Under the pieces are notes generated by a model, which had not been told where the DNA came from, made no database searches, and saw only the letters and a list, made by a program, of their open reading frames with translations. Shown here piece after piece: positions 40,249 to 51,800 of a stretch of DNA of 64,000 nt. The position numbers and the translations under genes are program-made. Within the stretch, counting starts at the first letter, position 1, and the number at the start of each line of letters is the position of its first letter. Location: contig CM000430.1 of assembly GCA_000165345.1 (NCBI GenBank), forward strand, positions 480,001-544,000, given 5' to 3'.

Positions 40249-43200
40249 ATGAAGTTTAAATGCAAAAAAGATTACTTAAGTATAATATTTTTATGGATTT
40301 GTTTTTTTAGTAGAAATGAAATATTTGTCAGAAGTAATAATTATTACCTTGGGGAAAACTACGATAGCCCATTCACAAAAGATGAGCCGAATCCACTAAT
40401 AAATCATTTAAATTATGTTCCATTTTATGGAATGACAGGAATAAGCCCAGGTTACGAAAATCCAGCAATGATCCCAATGGATCCTAATCAATTTAACCAG
40501 CCAGTAACAAGTTTAGGAAAACAACTTGCAAGTGAGCTTAAAAGTATTCAATTAGGAAACGGGCATTTAGTTCCAGATATAAATGTTAATTTAGAATCTA
40601 GAGCAAGTTTAGGGCAAGATATTTTAAAGGTTAAAAAAATTAATCCAAAAAAAAAGATAAAATCAAAATCGAAATCTGAAACATCTGAAAGGAAACCCTT
40701 AATTAATTCTTCCTCATTAATTTCATATAGAGAATATTTCCTGCCAGTTCCGGAAGAAGTTGGGAAAGGAGTTAAATTGAATGAAAGTTGCCTATTTTCT
40801 CCGACTCCAATGAAAATCTCCAAAAAAGATTCCTATTGGAGGAAAACAGACGACTCAAAAGCGGTTAATCGTTTTGAAGTTAGTAGCCCAGTTTTCACTG
40901 ACGAGAATCCATTCAGAACATCATCTGAATGTTTAAATTTATTTGATGAGGCTTTTAATGCTTATAGAAAAAAAGAATTATTAATTTCACCGGAGAGGTT
41001 TGTGAGTTTGACAAGACAAGTTGCAATGCAGCTACGAGATTCTCTACTAAACTTCAAATATGTGGTATCCACAGAAGATTCATGTTTAGCAATGAGAATG
41101 ATGCTTTTTTTGCCGCATCAACTGAGAAATACCCTGAATTGCAAGTCTGCAATTATAGCTTCATTAAGGGATCCAGAGGAAATAACTAATTTCGAATTGC
41201 TAGACCAGCTTGATGAAAATACAGAGTCCAAATTCAAAGATATTTCATTTGTTTGTAAAAATACATTTAAATTCAACGAACCAAATAGCAGTTTAATTAG
41301 TACACAAATTTTTAAGCCTAGTGAAATGGCAAAATTTTTCAGACTAGATTTAACTGTAAAGAACCTACAGTTTTTTCATAGACTTTCAATTCCGCATAGA
41401 AAAGCAGCTCTCAAGGTTCAAGAAAGTTATCAAAAACATACGAAAGATATTCTGCTTTATGATATTGCGGCATCGATCATTTTTCTTTTAAATGAGTTGC
41501 ATGCGACTGACCAGTCAATAGAGCAATGTAGCGTTATTGTATTTGCATGTGTTTCCATGCAAAATGGTGAGACTTCCAACTTAAATCAAATGACTGCAGA
41601 GCAAATATGCAAGGAACTTGGAATAGAATTGATTTTGAAAAAACATAATGTCAAGTATAGTAGTTTGATTTTTTTTCAACTATTGAAAAAACAAACTCAC
41701 GATAAGTCAATTTTCGGACGGGTGTCAACCTCATCATATACTCTTCCTTCTGGAAAAATATTTTTACCATATTCTAAGTATGGATATCCAAAAATTAGTT
41801 CAAACTTAGAAATTTGGGCATCCGTAGGCAAGGTATTTTCGGATGGGACAGTCAGTAGTTTTATTATTCCAGCATGTACAGGCCTCCCTGCATCTGAGTT
41901 TAATAGATTTATATTCTTGAATACCATGATTGAAAGATACTTAACTATTTCTGGGCTTGGCCAATTTAAGTTAACTGTGGAAGACATCTGTATGATTGCG
42001 AAATATTATCTTGCATACAAAAAACATCTTAGGAATGAGATGGGAAATCAAATTTCAACTGAAGACACAATCCCATTAGCCATTTTTAAAGTTGCTCAAA
42101 GATTAAACTTAGATATATTTACTATTTCAGCATGCAGAGAGATATATAGAGAGTTTTCTGAAGAAGAAGAAGCAATGTTGAAGAAGACAGTAGGAAATAG
42201 AAAGGAAGATAAATTAGAAAGTATCTATTCAAAACCACCTTTCAGTTATAATTCAAACATTATTTTAAGGCATCAACCAAAAATTAATGAAAAACAATAT
42301 GCCAATACTTGGTGTTTATTCCAAAAAGACGATGCTTGCTCACATTTGAAGCACTTTGTTTTGAACAGAATGGTACTTTTTGTAGCATATGTTCTTGAAT
42401 TTTGGAGGAAGAGCAGAACTTCCGAAAAAATGCCATTTAAAAGTATTACTGAGATTTGTATTGGTTTCTCTGGTGATTATTTAAATTTTAGACCTAAAGC
42501 TAGCGATTTCAAACTGTTCACAGAAGATTGGTTATTTCAAAAAGATGAACAAACTCTTTATTCGAACACTCTAGATTTACTTTGGAATAACTTTTTGATT
42601 TTTGAAAATTCTGCGTTCCCAAAAAATTCTGAAGAAACTGAATCAGATTATTTACAAAGGATCTATAATAATGCACTTGTTCCCGAGCCATTGTTTGTTC
42701 ATGACTGGAAAAATATTGAGCTTCCTATTAGAATGGATATTGCTGAGTTCACAAAACTTTTGCCACATGTACAAAAATCGGTAGAAATATTCTCTACTCT
42801 TGATGATATAACACTTAATCATGTAACATTAGTCAGAGCATTTTTGGAATCTTTTTTTGAAGAAACTTACCAATTTCCTGTAATAATTTCTGAGAAAGAT
42901 ATACTTTTATTACTTGAACGCCGTGAACTTGAGAAGAAGCCTTTGGATGAGTTATTTTTCGAAATTATGTCGTCCAAAAGTGACTGGTCATGGATTAAGC
43001 ATGAAACTTCATCCCATGCAATCTTAAGGCTTCTCGAATACTTAAAAACAGTAAAGAAGAGTGTGGAGGAGAGTATTAAAAGAACTCCAACAAAGAGTGA
43101 TATTTATTCTGCGCCTAGGGCAGTGCTTGCTCACGGAAAATGGTTAATAAAAGCACCTTATCCTGTATTTTATCCATCAACCCCTTTACAAAAGAGGGCT

Positions 43201-46200
43201 TTACATGGCCTCCCCAAATTCCTAATAAATAAGGCCCGTTATATTCAGGCATATTTTATTAATGCTTTTGACAGAGTTCTTCAATTTGATCTTTCACTCC
43301 GCCTTGCAGATATTGTTTATTCACTCACAAACTGCGCAGGAGATGACAAAAAATTAGTAGAATTGCTTAGAGAACGAATTTCTATTCAAAATGGTCAGGA
43401 CTTCGTTAATGACAATGTAGTAAGCGAGATTTATAATTCTTGCATGTCCTTCAGTTTTTATAAGTATCTCCTAAAAGGTGCATTATCAGAAGAACAAGCA
43501 TTTGCAGCGCCGAGAGTGTTTTACAAACCTAAATTTGGGTGGAGATTCTTTCCTCCAAATGTACCAGACTTTTCAAGGCTTTTGGTGTTGAGTAAAGCTT
43601 TCAAAGTTGAAAGTGGAAATAATGAATTTGATCGAGATCCACATAAATTATTAGATGAAACAAATTCTAATGAAATAGTTGTTAGACCATATACATGGAA
43701 AACTTTAAAAGGGATTTATGAACAGAAAAAACTGGAAATTTGGCAACTTAATAGGGCAATATCTATGTGCGCATATTTTAATCATTGGATTTCATATAAA
43801 TTCTCAACAAAGAATTCGAGAGATCTTCAAGTATCAAATTGTATAAATGCAATATATCGTTTGAAAAGCATAAATAAGAGTCAATCACAATCAGAAATAT
43901 CGCAAGTTTTTTTAAGGTACTTAGGAGTACCTTTTATTAAGGAAAATGATTTTAATGAGATGCTTTCAGCATTCACTTCATTCGAATGCGTGGGTAAACC
44001 GAACAGTATGAGCACTAGACAATGGCTAATGAACTTATATAGGATTCCTCAAATTCAAGAAAATAATAAAAATTCTCTTTCAGAAGAATTTGAATCACTA
44101 AGATTTCACATACCACCTGTCTTTGGTGAGCAAAAAACTATTTTTGAGCATGGACAGCCCCAGATCACCAGTATTAATGCGGATATTCCGGAAATATATA
44201 TTCCAATGGATCTAGATTCTGATTCGCTTAATAATTTGAGGGAGTTATTTGAAAAGTTTACTTATCGTTATTTAAGTAGGGTTGGGATAATGGTTGAAAC
44301 TGAACTTGAAGCTCTAAACTTTTCAATGGTAGATGTGTTTAAGATTGCAAGAGATAGAAAATTATCATTTTCTGAGGCACTACAGCAACATGTTTCTGAT
44401 ATTGGGGGTAATATTCAAAAGAATGTTTTTAAGAAACTCTCAGCAGCATTCTTTAGATTTATTCTTTTAAAGTTTGCAAGTAGCAACGAAGAACCATTTG
44501 TACAGATACTGAGACGAATTTCCATAAGTAGAGTAATTACTGATGTAGGAAAGCTCCCATTTGATATTCCCTTGGGTATAGTTTCGGGGAAACTCGATCT
44601 AGATCTTCCATACAATTCCCACTCTTTTGGAGAAGTAAATTTTGCAAGATTGGTAGTTGCATATATGAATGAATATTTGATAGAACTTTTTGATCTTAGA
44701 AATAAAATTTTATCCGATGGAACCGTCGAAAAAAATGTTCTTAAAGAATTTCCAGGGTTTGTTAAAGAGAATTGTGTTGCAAAAAGTATGGATGTCATTA
44801 GAAAAGGGGGGATTGATCTTCAGAATGCATTAGATCAGTCTTGTTCATCCGAATTATCTTGGATGAGTATGAAAGTTCTGAGAATGTTGGTATCTGGGCT
44901 AATGACGTACTGTAAACTTAATTTTAGAGGATTTCCAATTGAGAAAAATGGAAGAAGCATTTTAGATTTTTCCAGGGAAAATTTAAATTCCCCTATAGTA
45001 TTGTTTGACAAATACTTCAAAACTTGGACAATGCAAAATGCAAGGAAAAATACAAGAGAAGGCGAAGATTTTGGGTCTAAATTTTCTACATTGGAATCCA
45101 TAGGGATTGTGGATCAAATGACAGGAACAATTATTTCCTCAAATTTCAATTTCTGTAGTGAAATGAATACATCCCAGATAAATAGACTACTGATTAAGCT
45201 TCAATATTACAAACATTGTATTTCTGAGAATGCAATTTCAAATATTGAAGTTGATCGACTATTGGATTTGAATATTTGGTGTCTTGCTTTACGACAAAAA
45301 GTACCAGATATGAAAAAAACATATTCGAATATGTTGTTCACTTATTTTGGAATTCGCGGAGCAGTTAAAGAGAGTTTCGAGATTCTTGAGGACTCATTTG
45401 AATTTGTAGAAGAATCTTTGTTAGGAAAAAACTCTTTGGTATCTATTAGGCAGTGGGCCCAAGATTTTTATTCGTCACATTCTAAACCATTTTCTCAATT
45501 TAACTCACTTGTAAAATCTGATAAGTTATTTTGTCCAAGAGTAATTACTGAAGATGAATTGCACCAATTTCAAATTGTTCAGAAAGATAACATATTTAAT
45601 CGTGTAGAAGCATTTCAAGGATTTTCAGAGATTTTCTTAAGAGAGAAATATGGAATAATTTTTGAATCAAGACCAATAATTGCAGCGCTTTTAGTAGATG
45701 GATTCTCCATTATTAAACCATCCAACTCTAATATAGCATTAATAAGGTCTATGATACCTATTGCGTCTGAAGAAATTGTAAATTCATTAATTGGAGCATT
45801 TAATTCTTTCGAAGCAAATTTATTAAAAGGTGGTTTGACTTCTCTACAAGATTTGTATAAAAATCCAATTTGTGAACGTTCTCAAGGAAATTGGCATTTT
45901 CATGTTGAATTGGAAACAATAAACAGGGCTGATGTGCTAATAAATTCAAAGTTAATCTTTTCCGAATTAGAAATTAACAGATTTCAAAATATTGTAGCTT
46001 TTTTGAATACTGCTTTGAATTTTAAGTATTCAGAAAAAATGTTGGGATCTTATATTTCGTTTAAACATATTGCTACATTATTTAAGGCAGAAATAGACCT
46101 TTCTTCTTTTGCACATATTATTAATTATTTCCATAGAACTTTGCAGGATGATTTAAGTTTTTCACCTTGGCTTACCGTGAAGGCACTAAAAGGTATTTTC

Positions 46201-47208
46201 CAGTCCTTCATTTCTTGGGAAAGGATTGAAATCTTCAAAGTCTCGCCAACGCACTCAAAAAATTTTGGATTAGTGGTTTCTAGTGCTGATATGGCTAAGT
46301 ACAACAATTCTCCAGTGGGATTGATCAATGGAAAATGGCATTGGTATACTTGGTGTAAAAGGCCAGACTTTAATTTAATACATCGTGAAGTTTTAGGAGA
46401 CGAAGTTGTACATGTTTTGACACCCCAAGAAAGAAGTTTATATGGGATTCCCAGAATTAAACATAAATTTGAGATTGCTACTTTATTTATTCAATATTTT
46501 CTACAAGATGTATTGAATATTCTTATACCATTTAAACCGGATGTTACAATGAAGATATTTAAGGGGGAAACAAACTTATCACCTGATTCAGTTGAGTTTT
46601 TAAGAAAAATATGGGAACATTATAAAAACTCTTTTATTTATAAAGGTTCCTTACCTAAGCACGATTTATTCCACAACCCAATAATCAATGTTGTAAATAA
46701 ACAAAGATTCTTCCCAGCTGCTGCAATTCCTCGATTTGATAATTTTGATACAACTCTTATTCCACCTTCCCTAATAGAAATAGAAAATCTCTATCCTGGA
46801 ATTGTTCTTGGTTCAAAGTTTGAAATAAACAGACTGATTACTATTTGCGCATTCATAAATCTAAGCTTTGAAATTTTTATTGATGATTCAACAGAAAAAG
46901 ATGATATTATTACGCCAATAGGTTTATATGATATATTAAAGGACAAGATGAATATTTTAATTATTGAAAAACAAGACGAAATTACAGGTTTGTTTAGGCA
47001 ATGGCAATTTTATTCAGGTAGTCAAGAAAAAGCATCGCATTTAAAGATTACATTACTTAATTATAATAATTTTGAAAAGTCTATGTTGGACAGAGGATGG
47101 GATTTTTCGAAATTATATCGAAAACCTATAGTTTTTTCAGTCCAAAATGGTTATAAGATGAACTTTAATTTGAAAAGTTATATACCTAAAGTTAAGAACA
47201 GAATGTAA
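40249..47208 (+). CDS. giant orphan protein (2319 aa) with N-terminal hydrophobic signal/anchor
   Basis: Uninterrupted 7.0-kb ORF. N-terminus MKFKCKKDYLSIIFLWICFFSRNEIF. No recognisable catalytic motif; helical-rich. Confidence 0.8.
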   Translation: MKFKCKKDYLSIIFLWICFFSRNEIFVRSNNYYLGENYDSPFTKDEPNPLINHLNYVPFYGMTGISPGYENPAMIPMDPNQFNQPVTSLGKQLASELKSIQLGNGHLVPDINVNLESRASLGQDILKVKKINPKKKIKSKSKSETSERKPLINSSSLISYREYFLPVPEEVGKGVKLNESCLFSPTPMKISKKDSYWRKTDDSKAVNRFEVSSPVFTDENPFRTSSECLNLFDEAFNAYRKKELLISPERFVSLTRQVAMQLRDSLLNFKYVVSTEDSCLAMRMMLFLPHQLRNTLNCKSAIIASLRDPEEITNFELLDQLDENTESKFKDISFVCKNTFKFNEPNSSLISTQIFKPSEMAKFFRLDLTVKNLQFFHRLSIPHRKAALKVQESYQKHTKDILLYDIAASIIFLLNELHATDQSIEQCSVIVFACVSMQNGETSNLNQMTAEQICKELGIELILKKHNVKYSSLIFFQLLKKQTHDKSIFGRVSTSSYTLPSGKIFLPYSKYGYPKISSNLEIWASVGKVFSDGTVSSFIIPACTGLPASEFNRFIFLNTMIERYLTISGLGQFKLTVEDICMIAKYYLAYKKHLRNEMGNQISTEDTIPLAIFKVAQRLNLDIFTISACREIYREFSEEEEAMLKKTVGNRKEDKLESIYSKPPFSYNSNIILRHQPKINEKQYANTWCLFQKDDACSHLKHFVLNRMVLFVAYVLEFWRKSRTSEKMPFKSITEICIGFSGDYLNFRPKASDFKLFTEDWLFQKDEQTLYSNTLDLLWNNFLIFENSAFPKNSEETESDYLQRIYNNALVPEPLFVHDWKNIELPIRMDIAEFTKLLPHVQKSVEIFSTLDDITLNHVTLVRAFLESFFEETYQFPVIISEKDILLLLERRELEKKPLDELFFEIMSSKSDWSWIKHETSSHAILRLLEYLKTVKKSVEESIKRTPTKSDIYSAPRAVLAHGKWLIKAPYPVFYPSTPLQKRALHGLPKFLINKARYIQAYFINAFDRVLQFDLSLRLADIVYSLTNCAGDDKKLVELLRERISIQNGQDFVNDNVVSEIYNSCMSFSFYKYLLKGALSEEQAFAAPRVFYKPKFGWRFFPPNVPDFSRLLVLSKAFKVESGNNEFDRDPHKLLDETNSNEIVVRPYTWKTLKGIYEQKKLEIWQLNRAISMCAYFNHWISYKFSTKNSRDLQVSNCINAIYRLKSINKSQSQSEISQVFLRYLGVPFIKENDFNEMLSAFTSFECVGKPNSMSTRQWLMNLYRIPQIQENNKNSLSEEFESLRFHIPPVFGEQKTIFEHGQPQITSINADIPEIYIPMDLDSDSLNNLRELFEKFTYRYLSRVGIMVETELEALNFSMVDVFKIARDRKLSFSEALQQHVSDIGGNIQKNVFKKLSAAFFRFILLKFASSNEEPFVQILRRISISRVITDVGKLPFDIPLGIVSGKLDLDLPYNSHSFGEVNFARLVVAYMNEYLIELFDLRNKILSDGTVEKNVLKEFPGFVKENCVAKSMDVIRKGGIDLQNALDQSCSSELSWMSMKVLRMLVSGLMTYCKLNFRGFPIEKNGRSILDFSRENLNSPIVLFDKYFKTWTMQNARKNTREGEDFGSKFSTLESIGIVDQMTGTIISSNFNFCSEMNTSQINRLLIKLQYYKHCISENAISNIEVDRLLDLNIWCLALRQKVPDMKKTYSNMLFTYFGIRGAVKESFEILEDSFEFVEESLLGKNSLVSIRQWAQDFYSSHSKPFSQFNSLVKSDKLFCPRVITEDELHQFQIVQKDNIFNRVEAFQGFSEIFLREKYGIIFESRPIIAALLVDGFSIIKPSNSNIALIRSMIPIASEEIVNSLIGAFNSFEANLLKGGLTSLQDLYKNPICERSQGNWHFHVELETINRADVLINSKLIFSELEINRFQNIVAFLNTALNFKYSEKMLGSYISFKHIATLFKAEIDLSSFAHIINYFHRTLQDDLSFSPWLTVKALKGIFQSFISWERIEIFKVSPTHSKNFGLVVSSADMAKYNNSPVGLINGKWHWYTWCKRPDFNLIHREVLGDEVVHVLTPQERSLYGIPRIKHKFEIATLFIQYFLQDVLNILIPFKPDVTMKIFKGETNLSPDSVEFLRKIWEHYKNSFIYKGSLPKHDLFHNPIINVVNKQRFFPAAAIPRFDNFDTTLIPPSLIEIENLYPGIVLGSKFEINRLITICAFINLSFEIFIDDSTEKDDIITPIGLYDILKDKMNILIIEKQDEITGLFRQWQFYSGSQEKASHLKITLLNYNNFEKSMLDRGWDFSKLYRKPIVFSVQNGYKMNFNLKSYIPKVKNRM

Positions 47209-47434
47209 ATCAACTATAAAACCTTATAAATTTTTTCTCATTGTTTTTTTTTTATCTTAATTTTTTTTTTCGGGGTTGTTCATTTGTTATTTTAGTAATT
47301 TTTTGACCCACTTATTGATAATTTATTTGAAGATACATTTTAGTTATTAAATTCAATAATTTCTGAAATTGAGATAAGAATTGAATAAATATCTTAATAG
47401 CCTGGAATGTAAATTTTTTAGGGAAATGGAAGAT

Positions 47435-48618
47435 TTATTCCACATTAATGCCTGATAATTTTTCCAATTTGTTTCTCAATGAAATTTGATTTGATTTTTT
47501 GATATTTTTTTCCCATTCCTCCCAATTTTTATTTTTTGGGGTGTTTGATTCATCTAAAATTGCAGAATTATTATCCATATAATTAAAATCCGTGGGGGCA
47601 TTCAAAAAAGATTCATTTGTAAACTGAATCATCTAATTTGATTAATAATATGTAAATTAAAAAATACTTTGTGATTAAACTTACCGAAACATTTATATCA
47701 GTATGATTCGTAGTAAGTCCTAAATATTGTTCTCTAGTACTAAAAATTTTTCTAGTTGCATTGACCAAATTTTCTGGATTTCTAGGGATTTCCCAAAGCC
47801 CATAATGTTGGAGATTTATCAAATTTTGTCTCATTCTGGCATAATTCCTTCTTTTTAGAGATAACAAAGGATATTTATCCATAATTGCTAGATAAATCTA
47901 ATGCAATAGTTAAATTAAAAATTATAAATAAATTTACACTTACATCATACGAAAACTTTGCTTCACTAGAATTGGACGTTTTGTTCATATTAATTTCAAA
48001 ATCAACAATTTCAGAACTTTCTGATTCAGTAGTTATTTCAGATGATTCATTAAATTTTCCAAATACCCCAGTTTCATTTTTTATTTTAACAAGTTCATCT
48101 TCACTTAATTCAAATTGGGTACAGCATTTGCAATTCTTTTTAGAATGATTTTTTTTGAATCTTGGAAACGTAAGGCACAAATCATTTGGGGAAAGATTTG
48201 GACAAGAAATAAAAGCACTTGAGTGTAGTTCAAAGCAGGAGGAATTGCAATTTTTTGGGCAAGAATGATTACATAAATTAGAATATGTGCAGGAACTTCC
48301 TTTACACCCTGAACAGGGGCTCAAGTTGTTCGAATAATTACAATTCGGCATGTCCAAATGCTTTCTTTTACTGTAACTTGATTGTTTTGTTGCACAATAA
48401 CATTTTTTTGAACAGCAAGCAATTTTACAGGTTTTTTCTTGATCATATGGTCCAACTGTGATTTTATTTCTATATGGGTTTACAAACCTTCGATGGACTC
48501 CAACCTGCATAAAACAAGAGATATGTTGATTTTCTCTTAAATTTACATAGGGAAAACTCTGAAAGATGTCAATATAAAAGAGAATTATACTTATAAAATT
48601 TTTTATTTTATGTATCAT
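47435..48618 (-). CDS. cysteine-rich protein, 3 exons (merges three separate track ORFs)
   Basis: Exons are 48618..47944 (Cys-rich: ...CKIACCSKKCYCATK...CSGCKGSSCTYSNLCNHSCPKNCNSSCF...KNCKCC...), 47897..47685, and 47632..47435. The two introns are 47943..47898 (46 nt, GAT|GTAAGT..CATTAG) and 47684..47633 (52 nt, TCG|GTAAGT..AATTAG). Both are phase 0. They join track ORFs 47875..48618, 47613..47882 and 47435..47632 in one frame. Exon 1 begins with a signal-like hydrophobic segment MIHKIKNFISIILFYIDIF. Confidence 0.6.
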
Positions 48619-48823
48619 TTTTTATTTTCTTCAAATATTAAATCTAAATGCATGAACAATAGGCGCCTCTTTAAACAAAATCTTTAATATTGTAAATACA
48701 ATATTACTTAGTGTCAATCTGGTACATTAATACAAATAACAGTATAGAAAAATGAATTATATATTTATAATTATGCTATCTATAGGTTGAGACTAATACG
48801 GTCATTTGTTTGATAAATACCTT

Positions 48824-51800
48824 TTAAATGATTATTATAGTCGAGTTTTGAGAATAATTTCCTTGGTTAAACCCATCGTGAACTATGCTAGATCCTTCAA
48901 TATCAACATTATACTCCTTTGATCTAAGACTTATTGTGCCAAGAACGCCTTCTTGCCTAAGGGTTAGTTGGGTAACAACATCATAATTGGAATAATTTTT
49001 TAAGGGGAACTGACGCTTCCCTACAGTAACTCTATCTGGATAAATGGTAATTATTTCATTAGAAATAATATCAAATACTTGGTTATTATAGTAGAATTTA
49101 CCATTATTAACTTTGTATATAATACCATTAATGTTAACTTCTTGTATTGATCCTGGATTGTGAGATAACTTTACTACAACTTCTGTGAGAGAGGACTGAT
49201 AAGTTGTAATTAATCCGTATTCTCCAATAGAATTACAGCTACAAACTATTTTTCCCTGTTTGAATTTAGTTTCACAGCCATTTTGATACCAAGAACCATC
49301 TTTTCCCTTATATGTGCATTGGTAGCTTAAACGCTTACCCAAAACAACACTAGGAGTGTATTCTGGGCTAACAATAAAACTGATTTTGTTCTCAATCCCG
49401 TAAAGACGATATTCATAGCCGCATTTAGATATAAATACGTCATACACTTTTTGAAATACTCCATTAAAGCTTTTATCTTGCTGAATTTTATTGGCTAATT
49501 CAAAAAGATAATTATACAATGGAGGTTTAATAATAGTAAGGCCATATCTAGGATCATGGCAGTTAACGAATAAATTTCTTCCCCAAAATTCTTGGTAGTC
49601 AACATTCTCATGATGTAACTTAAAGTATATGTTCTTTATCAACGAAATATCAATATTTTCAAGTTTTTCATTACTAAGGTCAAGAGTAGGAATAACTAGT
49701 TCATTTCCAATAGCTGCACCGCTATGTAAATCTAAATTAGAAAATATTGAACTTTGAATTGATAATTTTGTCATTTTCCCCTTAATTTCTATCTGGCTAC
49801 CAAAGTCATTATTCATTGCCCATTGGTTAACTGAAAATGCTCCGAACAAATTAGTATCAGCTTCAATATTATTAAGTAGTCTTAATTCAACCAAGAAATC
49901 TAAAATATCTACAATAAGATTTTTAAAACCTTCAAAATATCCACATTCAGCCTTTAGTGCAATTCTAAATAACCTTTCAGGGTCAAACGAATGATCTGGT
50001 AATGTTTTATCAAAATTCATATAGCTAAATTCAAATAATCTCCAAAAAATGTATAGAATCATTGCTGAATTTCCTCCTGTTGTATCTTTATTATTAGGAT
50101 CTATTTCAATTAGTTTCTCTTGAAATTTTTTAATCTGATCTATCGTTAGGAAATCTAATTTCGCGGATAAGATCGATGCAATCATAAGTCTATCATTTAA
50201 AGTGCCAATTTTTTGATAGTTCAAAAAATATTCTAATAAATTAGAGTACTCTTCTTTAAGTTCATCTTCTTTCAGAAAAGCTTGCCCTACTTCCAAGATT
50301 TTCTTTGACTTTTGAAAAACGAAATAATTGCATTTTGAACTTGAGTTTTTTACGCAAAACATATTTCTTAAGTGTTTGTCAATCGCATCATTACTGAATT
50401 CTGAACAGTCTATCCCACAAAGTAACTCATTATCTTGGTTATGAATAATTAGATGTATTTTCCAAGATTCATAATTTGTGGGTAATCTTAAATATTGTGG
50501 AATATTTGATGTTAAAAAGGATAGTAGTAGCGCATTACTTTTGAATTTGTTATTTTGCTCATTATCTAAGCCATTTTCACTAACTGTTGCCAGTATTGAA
50601 TATTTCCAATTACTCATCCCAGCCAAGTTTGAAATCTTAAAGTTAATGGGAATTATTTCTCTAGGTCCTTTATTCTCAGTTGTCCCTTTAATTTTTATTA
50701 ACGAAAAATCGTGTTCAAAGAATAGATCCTCCCATACGTATGACACATAATCTCCAGAAGAAGCTAGATTATGAATATTGCTTCTTTTTACAATAATGTT
50801 CAATTTATTTTGATTTATTATTTCGTTAGAATTTTGCTTTATAACTAAAAGTATAACAGAAAGCCTGCCATCTCTTGGGTTGACATCGGTTTCAGTAATA
50901 TTTAATTTAATTGAAACAGCTATTAGATCATTTTGAATTGCTTGATCTTTTAAATTGTAAACACTGGGAGTAGTTTTTAATTGAACATATCCTGTGTTTT
51001 CAAAATAAGCGAAGGAAAGGAATTTAAGTCCTTGTACATTATCCCATTCATTCCCTCCAATGAATTTTATCTTTGCCAAGAGCAAACTCTCAGAGGCTTT
51101 AGAAATTATACTTGGAATCTTGTGCGGAATAATTTGTAGTGGTAATTCTTTATTAACCATAGAAAGATAGAAGTGCTTACACTCTATTGCATCTATAATT
51201 TTACTCTTTATTCCCACTGCAATGACCATATGGGTTAAACTTTCTTGTGGTATTAGACTAAGCTCAGTGTGGGTGGCATTACCTGAAAGTGTCGCATTTG
51301 ACTGTTGAAATGAACATGCTTGACCCCAATAGGATCCATCTGTTCTACATGCTGCTAATAGCCCTGTTGTAAGATCCTCAATTTGATTTTCATCTGAAGT
51401 TGCAGAGCAGTAGTATCGGATTTCTTGATCTTGAAATTGGAAATCAGCCTGATAACTTCTTGAAGCTCTACAAGAGGAACAACCCGTTTTGATAGAATCA
51501 CAATATCCACTCTGAGAAACAATCTGGTCGATAGTTTTAGAAGTACCAGTTTCAATTGTTATTTTTGGATGATTTTTTGAAACTATCGATGAAAAATAAG
51601 CATTAATACTTGGTTGGATTGTTTCGTTATGAAAAATTACCTTATCTTTCGAAGAAGCAAATGAGTTTTTAGTGGATACTTTGGTAACATTTATCATTGA
51701 TATTGGTTGTTCTAAGATATTTATGTCTAAGTTTTTTCTTGAAGTAGATTTTATGCAATCAAATGACCCACCTTTAATATATTCTTCATTCGTAATTGAA

